64,000 bases of DNA from an uncultured Armatimonadetes bacterium. Lineage in GTDB: Bacteria > Armatimonadota > Armatimonadia > Armatimonadales > Armatimonadaceae. Positions 37,520 through 46,225 of this stretch are shown in pieces. The position numbers and the translations under genes were made by a program. The notes under the pieces are model-generated. The model made no database searches. It saw nothing but the letters and a program-made list of their open reading frames with translations, and had not been told where the DNA came from. Positions within the stretch are counted from its first letter, which is position 1. Every line of letters begins with the position of its first letter. Location of the stretch: contig CAIVZM010000011.1 of the NCBI GenBank assembly GCA_903910385.1, positions 15,203 through 79,202 of the forward strand, in the 5' to 3' direction.

Positions 37520-40051
37520 TTACGGATGCAGTCCGCTCTCGCTCCGACGGTTTCCGAAAGCGACGCGCGTTTCGTCTCCGGGATACGGCGTGTCCACTCC
37601 CTTTACAGAGTGCCAGATAACGCGGTTGAGCGTATCGGAATCGGCGCGATCCAGCCCGCCCCAGTCCAGGGCGAGGCTTTTTTTCGTCCAGTAGAGTTCC
37701 CTGCCGACTTGCGCGGAGACCGGGGGATTCATATCATCCAGAGGAATAGTATTCTTCTTCGCGACATAAGCGGTCAAATCGGGCGTATCGGTAAAGCAAC
37801 CGGTAATCGGCGGTGTGACCGCATCGAAGCGATTCATCGGATCAAGACCGAGCATCAATTCAATGCTTCGCAACATAGACACGGTTGTATACATCGTCGA
37901 TTCTACGAATTTGCGCCGGACATAAGGCGAGATCGCCATGTAAGAGGTGCGATGCCCATCGACATGATCCGGCCCACTCTGTGCATCATCTTCAATTACG
38001 AAGATGCAGGTATCTTTCCACTGCGGCGATTTGCTGACTGCCTCCACGACACGACCAAGAGCGAGATCATTGTCCGCCATCATCGATTGAGGTCGGGGAT
38101 AGTTCGGGTCACGTCCCTCCGTATGGTCGCAGGGCAACGACATGACCATCAGGTTCGGGACTTTGTCCTCCCGGCTCATTTTCGTGTATTCCGCAATGAA
38201 CAGATCCGCCCGCATCTGATCGCTTTGCAATAGCGGCCAGTAGACGAACTCCGGGTGAATATAGGGTTTCAGTCCATTAACTCTGGTGCCGACCTGTATC
38301 TTGATCTTCCGAGATTGCCGATCTTTCCACAGTTCCATCCAGCTTTTGACCGGCGGCGTAAAGGTCGCCAATCGGTCATCACAGAACTCGCCGTATACCC
38401 GGATCGACTTGCCCTTTCGGGCGGCGGCGTCCCAGAGACAACCACCTTCGGAGATGCTCATCGCGCAGTCGCCGTCATCCGGGTAGGTGCGATAGTTATC
38501 GTAGAAGTGTTCGAGATAATCGTTGGCGACGCTCTGCGTGGACCAGGCATGACCGTCCGCCGAGTTGGTGCCGGACACGTAGCCGTTATCGAAAAGAGTG
38601 AACTCCTGCGCTATCGCCCGATGGTTGGGCATGAATTTTCCCAGCGAGCAGAGTTTCGGGTCGCCGTTTCCTTGCGGCAAATCCCCAAAGATTTCGTCGT
38701 AGGTGCGGTTTTCCTTGATAATGTAGAGAACGTGCTTGATGGCGCCGTTATAGACTTTGAGGTTGGGCTTCAGGTTCTTCGGGTCGCGGTTCCATCCGTT
38801 GTTTGCGGCGACTTTCGCCGTCGCTACATCCAGATCGGCGGACAAATCCAAGATACTGACCGTCCCCTGATAATCGTGCGCGTTTCCCTTGTTGCCCTTG
38901 ACCGTCTCACGAACGGAGCCATTGCCTTTGGTATTCAGGACGAAAGCGGTCTTCGCGCCGGGAGCCAGAGCGATCTGCACCGGATAGTAGCCGACGGGAC
39001 GATGTCCACGAATCTTGCCGGAAGGCAATTCCATTTCCGCAATAGCGTTATCGCCGCCGTTGGCGATGTATAAAGTTTTCCCCTCAGGCGAAAACGTCAG
39101 CGCGACAGGCATGGAACCGAACAGATTTTTCGTCTGCCATTTGATCGGCAGAGTGCGGGCGAGTTTCTGCGTGACGATATCCACTTCGGCGATAGCGTCC
39201 GACGCCGCGCAGGCAATATACGCTTTTTCGCCTCGCACCGCGATCTCGGTCGGGTGCAGACCAATTTCCCGGTGAACCGTTTTGCCGGAAGGGAGATCGA
39301 TCAGGCTGACAGTCCCGGAATCCGGGGCGCCGCGCGGATCAACGACGATCAGAGCTCCCGCCGTTTCCGCTTTATCGTCGTCGCCTTTTGGCTGACGTCC
39401 GCCCCAGTTCGAGACGATCAACGTTTTCTCATCTTCGGAAAGCGCGACAGCGAACGGGAGCATCTGTACCGGATAAGAGCGAACGAATTTATTGCTGGTC
39501 AAATCGATTTCGCCGACAGCGTTGGCATCGCACAGAGCGACAAACAATTTCTTGCCGTCTCTGGTGATCGCCATTCCTCCCGGACGCGGGTTTTTCTTCG
39601 GGTCGGCGCTTTCGGGCGCACAGGCGATTTTCGCTCCTGCCGTCAGCATCGAACCATCCCAGAGCAGTTCGCGAACTGTTCCCGCCTCTGTGCTGACCAG
39701 GCATCGCTTCCCATCCGGCGTCCACTTGATGCCATGATAAGCGGCGCCGGTCATCAAGGGGACGGTGGAATCCGGAATCACGCCCTCGGAACTGAGGAGA
39801 AAAACCGTCTTCTGACCTAAAATGGCGGCGAATTTTCCGGTAGGATGCATCGCCATATCTATCGGGCGCATCTCCAGAGGAATAGCGCCCGCTTCCACAC
39901 GTTGCCCGGACGATACTATAAACGCCCCGTCGGGTTGTTTACCCATACGGATAACGCCGGAGCCTGCTGCAAGGGCGGTCGCCAACGCCACCGCGCTGAC
40001 AACCGTTAAAATCCCGCCCGTTTTGCGCCCATGAAATCGATTTTCCGTCAT
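37520..40051 (-). CDS. secreted bifunctional-architecture protein: N-terminal YVTN/NHL-type beta-propeller + C-terminal phosphoesterase family (PlcC/AcpA-type) domain
   Basis: Signal peptide. Repeated propeller blades (…KLFVA…; …TLIVSN…; …KAYIAC…; …TLYIANGGDNAIAE…). C-terminal HVLYIIKENRTYDEIFGDL matches the phosphoesterase (PF04185) I.ENRSFD motif. Confidence 0.7.
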   Translation of the reverse strand: MTENRFHGRKTGGILTVVSAVALATALAAGSGVIRMGKQPDGAFIVSSGQRVEAGAIPLEMRPIDMAMHPTGKFAAILGQKTVFLLSSEGVIPDSTVPLMTGAAYHGIKWTPDGKRCLVSTEAGTVRELLWDGSMLTAGAKIACAPESADPKKNPRPGGMAITRDGKKLFVALCDANAVGEIDLTSNKFVRSYPVQMLPFAVALSEDEKTLIVSNWGGRQPKGDDDKAETAGALIVVDPRGAPDSGTVSLIDLPSGKTVHREIGLHPTEIAVRGEKAYIACAASDAIAEVDIVTQKLARTLPIKWQTKNLFGSMPVALTFSPEGKTLYIANGGDNAIAEMELPSGKIRGHRPVGYYPVQIALAPGAKTAFVLNTKGNGSVRETVKGNKGNAHDYQGTVSILDLSADLDVATAKVAANNGWNRDPKNLKPNLKVYNGAIKHVLYIIKENRTYDEIFGDLPQGNGDPKLCSLGKFMPNHRAIAQEFTLFDNGYVSGTNSADGHAWSTQSVANDYLEHFYDNYRTYPDDGDCAMSISEGGCLWDAAARKGKSIRVYGEFCDDRLATFTPPVKSWMELWKDRQSRKIKIQVGTRVNGLKPYIHPEFVYWPLLQSDQMRADLFIAEYTKMSREDKVPNLMVMSLPCDHTEGRDPNYPRPQSMMADNDLALGRVVEAVSKSPQWKDTCIFVIEDDAQSGPDHVDGHRTSYMAISPYVRRKFVESTMYTTVSMLRSIELMLGLDPMNRFDAVTPPITGCFTDTPDLTAYVAKKNTIPLDDMNPPVSAQVGRELYWTKKSLALDWGGLDRADSDTLNRVIWHSVKGVDTPYPGDETRVAFGNRRSESGLHP

Positions 40052-40295
40052 CTGAATCCTGTATTTCGTCCGTAGTGAAAGGGATCGTTATAAAATATGC
40101 GCGGAGGAACGTTTGAGCATAGTCCGGACTCCCTTAAATGAGTCGCGCCCCGGAATTTCAGGGGGGCAAATAATGAGAAGACAATGTGAAATCGCGGTTC
40201 GCAATTCCTGATAATAACTTTACCTCAGGCAACCGACCAGTGGATTAAGGTAATGTTAAGAACGTAATATTTTCGACAGCGGAATTTGGAACGCT

Positions 40296-40335
40296 AATAA
40301 AAACGCCGCTTCGATCAAAAGACCAAAGCGGCGCT
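40296..40335 (-). terminator. rho-independent terminator for minus-strand gene 40363..40746
   Basis: On the minus strand: CGCCGCTT-14nt loop-AAGCGGCG followed by TTTTTATT, about 30 nt after the gene's stop. Confidence 0.6.
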
Positions 40336-40362
40336 TCCCGGGCAGGTATTCCGAAAGGATCG

Positions 40363-40746
40363 CTACGAGGCGTCACGCTCTTCACGCAGACGAGAGACTA
40401 GCTCTTTCGGCGCGATATGCGGCAACGCAAAAGCGGCCATCAGCAAGGGGCCAACAATCCATTCGAAGCTGTTAAAAGCGATATCGAGACCAACTCCGAT
40501 TACCGGCAACATCACCGCCAGCAACGTTTCCGCAGGTAATTCCACCGCATTCAGCGCAATCATCGCGACAAAGCCCGCCGCCAGCGCCGCCATTTTGTAC
40601 GGAACCGCGACTCGTCGATCCCGAAATAACGCCGTGCCAAGCTTGAAGTCGAGCGGTTTGCCGTTACCGACAAAATGCCGCGCCGCCAGCGCTACTGCAG
40701 GAGCCGCTACCTTACCTATGGGAACCCTTTTATACGTCTGTTTCAT
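40363..40746 (-). CDS. hypothetical small multi-TM membrane protein
   Basis: Three or four hydrophobic helices. Start uncertain: the track TTG at 40782, or ATG giving MKQTYK. No family assigned. Confidence 0.4.
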   Translation of the reverse strand: MKQTYKRVPIGKVAAPAVALAARHFVGNGKPLDFKLGTALFRDRRVAVPYKMAALAAGFVAMIALNAVELPAETLLAVMLPVIGVGLDIAFNSFEWIVGPLLMAAFALPHIAPKELVSRLREERDAS

Positions 40747-40920
40747 CTGTACGAAGAACGCGCCTCCCTGTGCGCTATACAACCCCTACCATGAAGCGAA
40801 ACAAAAGCCGGAATATCTATCCTGCGCCACACTACGGAACTACAACGTTAACTATAGGACGCCTCTTTCCCTTTACGTGTTCCGTCGTCTTATCGTTCCC
40901 TTCTGCCGCACACTTTCCGT

Positions 40921-41691
40921 GTGCTTCCCTTACCGCCATTCTTGCCAGAACGAAAGGGTTTAGATTATTATAACGCCATGCCGACACGTATTCCTTATTC
41001 TTCTTTACCGATTCCTCCAGAATGGGGCGATCAGGACCCGACAACGCCCGTTCACGGATATTTTCCGGATGCCCCATCGGAATGGATGGCGCGACACGAC
41101 CGATTCAACGAGGAAGCGGAAGCGCGTCGCGATGAGATCAAGGTCGTCTTTCTGGGCGATTCGATTACCGAAGGCTGGGCGGGGGCAGGTCAGGAAATCT
41201 GGAACAAGCGCTACGCTATGCTGGGATCGGCGAACTTTGGGATCGGCGGAGACCGGACGCAACAAATCCTCTGGCGTATCGCACACGGTAATCTGGATCA
41301 TCTGACGCCAAAATTAGTCGTCTTGAAAATCGGGGTCAACAACCTCTGGATGGGGGACGCCCCCGCCATTCGCGTTCCCGAAGGCCGCGCCCTCTGCGTC
41401 GCCGCGATTCAGGAGAAATGCCCGAATGCGAAAATCCTGTTACTGGGCGTCCTACCCGCAGGACAATTCCCCCAAGATCCGTTACGCGCTCGCGTTCAAC
41501 GCATCAATGACGCTTCGCCCACGCTCGACAACGGCAAGACTGTCCGCTACCTCGACATCGGCGCGAACTTCCTCCAACCCGACGGCAGCATCTCCGCCGA
41601 AATCATGCCGGATTTCTGCCACCTCTCCCCCGCAGGCTACAAAATCTGGGCTGATTCCATGCAACCACTGTTCGACGAAATGATAAATTGA
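40921..41691 (+). CDS. SGNH/GDSL-type hydrolase (esterase/lipase) family protein
   Basis: GDSIT block (VFLGDSITEGW), GxND block (KIGVNNL) and C-terminal DxxH (DFCHLS). Start ambiguous (GTG 40921 or ATG 40978). Confidence 0.7.
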   Translation: MLPLPPFLPERKGLDYYNAMPTRIPYSSLPIPPEWGDQDPTTPVHGYFPDAPSEWMARHDRFNEEAEARRDEIKVVFLGDSITEGWAGAGQEIWNKRYAMLGSANFGIGGDRTQQILWRIAHGNLDHLTPKLVVLKIGVNNLWMGDAPAIRVPEGRALCVAAIQEKCPNAKILLLGVLPAGQFPQDPLRARVQRINDASPTLDNGKTVRYLDIGANFLQPDGSISAEIMPDFCHLSPAGYKIWADSMQPLFDEMIN

Positions 41692-41939
41692 TATCTCTAT
41701 ACCGATTCTCATGCGCCAACCCCGGGTCGATGTCATGTGTATTTGACCAAATCTCGCTTCATAATGGTCGATTGTCGCCATTCCTTGCATGACCATGTCC
41801 TCGGGCAGACCCTGCCATTGTTATGAATCGCTTCAGGATGGTGGGCGAAGAGTTCAGGCGTTGCCTGAAACGCCCATTCGACACGTTCCGCGAACAAAAG
41901 CGTAAAGACGGATGCGCGGCATGCGAAACTTTCATCGGC

Positions 41940-42306
41940 GCCCGATACGGTTCTGGCTCCCGGCAAACCCCTGATCTACGGCACTATTTCGGACGCAGGA
42001 ACGGGTGTCGCCAGTAACGGAGTCCGTCTCGTCGTCAATGGCGCCGATGTTACCGGGTCGACGACCATGCGGGCGGCGTTGTCCGGTATCGTATTCGCTA
42101 TCAGGGAACTCTGGTCATCTTACCGGTTTCCGGGACTATCGCTGAAGGCGAAGTCACCGCTAACGAAAAGGGACAATGGAGCGTCTCCAACTTTTCCCTT
42201 CCGAACCCAACCGGCGTCACCAAAGTGACCTATGTCGCGGAGGTTATCTCTGTGGGCGCAGTGGGAGAAACATCACAACCGGCAAGCGTGGAGTTTAAAC
42301 GGTAGC
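41940..42306 (+). pseudogene. frameshifted fragment encoding bacterial Ig-like domain(s); remnant of a large surface/adhesin-type protein
   Basis: Frame A: …LAPGKPLIYGTISDAGTGVASNGVRLVVNGADVTGSTT…. Frame +2: …YRIRYQGTLVILPVSGTIAEGEVTANEKGQWSVSNFSLPNPTGVTKVTYVAEVISVGAVGETSQPASVEFKR-stop. No start codon and not continuous. Confidence 0.35.
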
Positions 42307-43257
42307 GGAAATCGGGTGGGAGAGCGGCAGGATCGCCTCCCATCCTTTCCGATGTTGCGCCGGAGTCAATCGCCGCACGATTTCGGCGGCGGGTCGGACA
42401 TCGTTGATGGAGGAAATACCCCTTCCCGCAAAGAGCGCCGGGAAATCCGCGCCCGATGCTGTGCGCAGGTACCGGCGAGGAGCGCACGGCCATTCGCCAG
42501 CGACTTGAGGATCGAGGATCAGGTCGCTGACATCCGCACGGGCAAGACGTATTTTACAATGACGCTCCGCCTGCGCTTCTTCCGATAGCAGGAATCGCGT
42601 CCCCATCAGGGCGGCGCTGGCTCCCTGAGAAAGAATAGTAGCGACATCGCGAACGTTGGCGAGCCCGCCCCCCGCGACAATCGGAACCTGTCCTGCGGTG
42701 ATACTCTGTAGTTTCTCCAGCAGTTCCTGTAAGGAATAGGGACTCCGCACCTGACCGCCCGCATCCGTTCCCGGCGCCACCAGAATATCGGCGCCGTTTT
42801 CGAGAGCCTCTTTGGCCTGTTCCACGGTTCCTACCTGCCAGAACACCGTACCTCCCACCGCATGGATCTCGTGCGATAACCGGGGGCCATTCCACCAGAA
42901 GACCTGAAAATGATGGAATCCCTGTTCCAGACAGGCGTTCAGTACTGTCTCACGTTGCCACTGGGGCGTAAAAGCGATGAGGACCGGACGTTTGGTTAGT
43001 CGGCGTAACTGTATCAGACGGCGCTTCAAACGAATATCCGAGCCACCGTTGATGGTGAGACTTCCCAGCGCTCCGGCGCGGGAAACGGCGGCGGCGAGTC
43101 GCGGACCGTCGCAGGAACCCAGAGACGCCTGTACTACCGGGCAACGTAAGGTAAGCGTTGATCCCAGTGGAAATAACGTGCGTTTAGTCGATAACGCTAC
43201 CGCGCCCCGACTTACTGTCTGACTTTCCCGTGGTTGCAAAGCGCGCATCATAAACAA
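42295..43257 (-). CDS. nitronate monooxygenase (NMO/2-nitropropane dioxygenase, FabK-like) family FMN oxidoreductase
   Basis: CPVVQASLGSCDGPRLAAAVSRAGALGSL (compare PIIQAPMAG…LAAAVSNAGGLG). TIM-barrel FMN motifs (VAPGTDAGG; VAGGGL). Confidence 0.7.
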   Translation of the reverse strand: MFMMRALQPRESQTVSRGAVALSTKRTLFPLGSTLTLRCPVVQASLGSCDGPRLAAAVSRAGALGSLTINGGSDIRLKRRLIQLRRLTKRPVLIAFTPQWQRETVLNACLEQGFHHFQVFWWNGPRLSHEIHAVGGTVFWQVGTVEQAKEALENGADILVAPGTDAGGQVRSPYSLQELLEKLQSITAGQVPIVAGGGLANVRDVATILSQGASAALMGTRFLLSEEAQAERHCKIRLARADVSDLILDPQVAGEWPCAPRRYLRTASGADFPALFAGRGISSINDVRPAAEIVRRLTPAQHRKGWEAILPLSHPISATV

Positions 43258-43385
43258 GACTGTTCAGTGAGAATTATATCTCTGAAAAGCCTGATTTGCT
43301 TACGGATTCTTTTGCCTATGGGATTCCCCTTATTCGTTGCGCCACAGGAGGAAAAAGAGGACGTTTTCCCAAACTACTTCGAACC

Positions 43386-44969
43386 ATGCCTGACACGCTC
43401 CCCCTTACAGACAAACCGCATATCGCCTGCTGGACAGAAACGGAACGCAATGATTCCGCCGCAGAAGTTCGATTGATTGCACAGTCCGATAACGTACTGG
43501 AAATTTCGCTTTCCGCGCCGAATGTCGCCCTTGCTTATGTCGCCTTACGCTGGGATTTCGCCATCGCGCCTCATACACAAATTATGGGCGATCATTGGGA
43601 GCGTGGGTATGGCGATCTGGAGTGGCGAGGCATCGTTCCGGAGCGCGTTTTGCCCTGGTATGCCCTCCTGGCGGATAGGAAGACCGGGGTAACTTTCGGA
43701 ATCGGCGTTGAGACTGGCGCCGGGGCGCTATCTTCCTGGCGTGTGGATGAAGTGGGCGTCACCTTGATGCTGGATGTCCGTAACGGCGGGAGCGGCGTCC
43801 ATTCAGGTGAGCGTCTTCTTCAGGCGGCGGTCGTTCATTCGCTATCATCGGAGAGCGGCGAGGATTCCTTCGCTTTCGCCCGTCGTTTTTGTCGCGCTCT
43901 CTGCCCGGCGCCCCGTCTTCCGTCTCAACCCGTCTATGGCGGCAACGACTGGTACTTCCGTTACGGAAACATCACTGCCGAAACGGTATGGTCAGATTCC
44001 GCCCTGATCCGGGAATTGTCGCCCAATCGGGAGAATGCGCCCTTTTATGTTATTGATGCAGGGTGGTTTCCCGGTAAAGGTTGTAATGGCGGTCCTTATG
44101 AAGTAGGCAATACCGATTTCCCCGACTTGCCAGGGCTGGCATCCCGGATGACCGACAACGAAACGCGCCCCGGTATTTGGATTCGCCCGCTATTAACGCA
44201 AGCCACCGTTCCCGCAACCTGGCGTCTGCCGGAAACGCACCCGCACGGTAAAGCGCGTGAAAACTATCTGGACCCATCTGTGCCCGAAGTTCTCGATCTT
44301 GTTCGCGAGGATATCCGCCGCCTGACGCTGTGGGGTTACCGCATGATCAAGCATGACTTCACCACGTTCGATATCACGGGCAAGTGGGGATTTCAGATGG
44401 GGTCGGAGGTCACCCGAAATGGGTGGGCGTTTGCGGATCGGACGCGCACCACCGCCGAGATTATCCGCGATCTGTATTCCGCTATTCGTGAAGCGGCGGG
44501 CGACGCTTACCTGATCGGTTGCAACACAATCGGTCATCTGGGTGCGGGACTCTTTGAACTCCAGCGTACCGGCGACGATACCAGCGGACGACACTGGGAA
44601 CGAACACGCAAAATGGGCGTCAACACCCTCGCCTTCCGCCAACCCCAGCATAACGCCTTTTTCGCCGCCGATGCCGACTGCGTCGGTCTAACCGAACATA
44701 TTCCCTGGGATTTGAACCGCCAGTGGCTGGATATCCTCGCCCGTAGCGGCACAGCATTATTCGTATCTGCTGAGCCCGCTATCGCCCGACAACTTGACCA
44801 ACGCGCCGCCCTTACCGAAGCCTTCGCCCGCGCCGCCGTCCCGCAACCGCTTGCTATCCCCCTCGACTGGCAAGAAACGACCTGCCCTCGTCGCTGGAAA
44901 TTCGGCGATGAGGAAATCTCCTACGACTGGTCACCGTTTCCGGCATCCTCTTTCGATTGTCCGGGTTAA
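43386..44969 (+). CDS. glycoside hydrolase, alpha-galactosidase/melibiase-like (GH36/GH27 clan) family protein
   Basis: Start at MPDTLPL (ATG). Motifs FYVIDAGWF, GIWIRPL and GYRMIKHDF resemble the catalytic (beta/alpha)8 core of the melibiase superfamily. Confidence 0.55.
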   Translation: MPDTLPLTDKPHIACWTETERNDSAAEVRLIAQSDNVLEISLSAPNVALAYVALRWDFAIAPHTQIMGDHWERGYGDLEWRGIVPERVLPWYALLADRKTGVTFGIGVETGAGALSSWRVDEVGVTLMLDVRNGGSGVHSGERLLQAAVVHSLSSESGEDSFAFARRFCRALCPAPRLPSQPVYGGNDWYFRYGNITAETVWSDSALIRELSPNRENAPFYVIDAGWFPGKGCNGGPYEVGNTDFPDLPGLASRMTDNETRPGIWIRPLLTQATVPATWRLPETHPHGKARENYLDPSVPEVLDLVREDIRRLTLWGYRMIKHDFTTFDITGKWGFQMGSEVTRNGWAFADRTRTTAEIIRDLYSAIREAAGDAYLIGCNTIGHLGAGLFELQRTGDDTSGRHWERTRKMGVNTLAFRQPQHNAFFAADADCVGLTEHIPWDLNRQWLDILARSGTALFVSAEPAIARQLDQRAALTEAFARAAVPQPLAIPLDWQETTCPRRWKFGDEEISYDWSPFPASSFDCPG

Positions 44970-45083
44970 GGTACCGTCAAACCCGTATATCGGGCGTCCC
45001 CATTGGAGATGGTGAGTAAGGCAGTGTGAAGTAGGAGGCGCTATTATGGGTCAGAGAGATTGCACACTCTCCTGACGCCTGTT

Positions 45084-46202
45084 ATGCGCCTTTCTGACCG
45101 CTACATTTTCTCTGAGCTCTGGATGCCCTTCTTCATTGGCACCTTTCTGGTGCTGATGATGATTGTCGGTAATACCCTGTATGCCTGGCTCGATACCATT
45201 ACCCGCGAGAAGTGGCCGCTACAGGAAGTGGCGCGGATGCTCGTGCTCAATATTCCGACAGCCGTGGTGTTGACCTTGCCCGTTTCGACGGCGCTGGCAG
45301 CGAGTCTGACCATAAACCGCATGGCGCGGGACAATGAAATCACCGTCCTGCGCGGCGCGGGCGTCCCGCTCTGGCGGATTTTCCTGCCGATTTTCGCCTT
45401 TGGCGCAGTGATCAGTTTTGCGAACCTGTATATTGCGAATCGCATTACGCCCTGGGCGTTCAAGGAACAGCAGAATGTAGAGAGCGCCCTGAACTCCATC
45501 ACGTCCAGCAAGATCGAGCAGGGTCGAACGATCAGCGTTGACAATTACACAGTCTCATTTTCCTCTGCATCGAAGCTGGCGGACAACAGGTGGCGGTTGA
45601 ACAATGTCATTCTGGTCGAAAACAACTACGCCCCGCCCGGAACCGTTCCGGGAGCGCCCGAGTACCCCAAAATTACGACCGCTAAATACGCAGATTACGA
45701 GAAAGGGGCGGATAGAGGCATCTGGCATCTCAAAAGCATCGTCCGGCACGAGTATGATAGTAATGGTTTCACTGTCCACGATGCCGGAGCGGAATCGGGC
45801 ACGCTGGATTTGAAAATCGACTTCAACCAGATGTATTCGCAACCCGCGCAAAACGATAAACTCTCCTACGAAGAATTGACACAGCGAGCGACGGAAGCCA
45901 AACGATTCGGCAACTCACGAGACGCTGTCACTCTGGAAGTGGAACGCTGGTTTAAACTCTCCCTCCCCCTCATGGGAATGACGCTTGCTCTATGTGGGCC
46001 TCCGCTGGCGTTGCTCTTTGCGCGAGCGGGCGCATTTACCGGAATCCTGTTATCGGTCATCGTCTCTTTTGTCGCGTGGAACACCTTGCTACTGATGAAA
46101 TCTATCGGGTTCGGCGGATATTTATCCCCGATGGTCGCCGGTTGGTCCACCAATGTGATCTTCACGCTTTTCGGACTGTGGCTACTCAAAAAACAGGAAT
46201 AG
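45084..46202 (+). CDS. LptF/LptG-family LPS export permease (YjgP/YjgQ)
   Basis: MRLSDRYIFSELWMPFFIG (compare LDRYI.REL..PF), a periplasmic beta-jellyroll region and C-terminal TMs. Start ambiguous (TTG 45060 or ATG 45084). A strong AGGAGG lies upstream in another frame. Confidence 0.65.
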   Translation: MRLSDRYIFSELWMPFFIGTFLVLMMIVGNTLYAWLDTITREKWPLQEVARMLVLNIPTAVVLTLPVSTALAASLTINRMARDNEITVLRGAGVPLWRIFLPIFAFGAVISFANLYIANRITPWAFKEQQNVESALNSITSSKIEQGRTISVDNYTVSFSSASKLADNRWRLNNVILVENNYAPPGTVPGAPEYPKITTAKYADYEKGADRGIWHLKSIVRHEYDSNGFTVHDAGAESGTLDLKIDFNQMYSQPAQNDKLSYEELTQRATEAKRFGNSRDAVTLEVERWFKLSLPLMGMTLALCGPPLALLFARAGAFTGILLSVIVSFVAWNTLLLMKSIGFGGYLSPMVAGWSTNVIFTLFGLWLLKKQE

Positions 46203-46225
46203 CCACCATTACGGTCTCCGCCGTA

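Noticed and set aside
41823-42017. 64-aa ORF (MNRFRMVGEEF…) in the gap after the SGNH hydrolase gene.
   Set aside because: It overlaps the Ig-like coding remnant in a different frame. Arg-rich composition typical of GC-rich non-coding frames. No RBS.
45046-45072. 9-codon mini-ORF (MGQRDCTLS) with a perfect AGGAGG-8nt-ATG just upstream of lptF/G.
   Set aside because: Too short to support as a gene from sequence alone. It may be a leader peptide or indicate that the true lptF/G start is the TTG at 45060. Noted in the lptF/G evidence instead.
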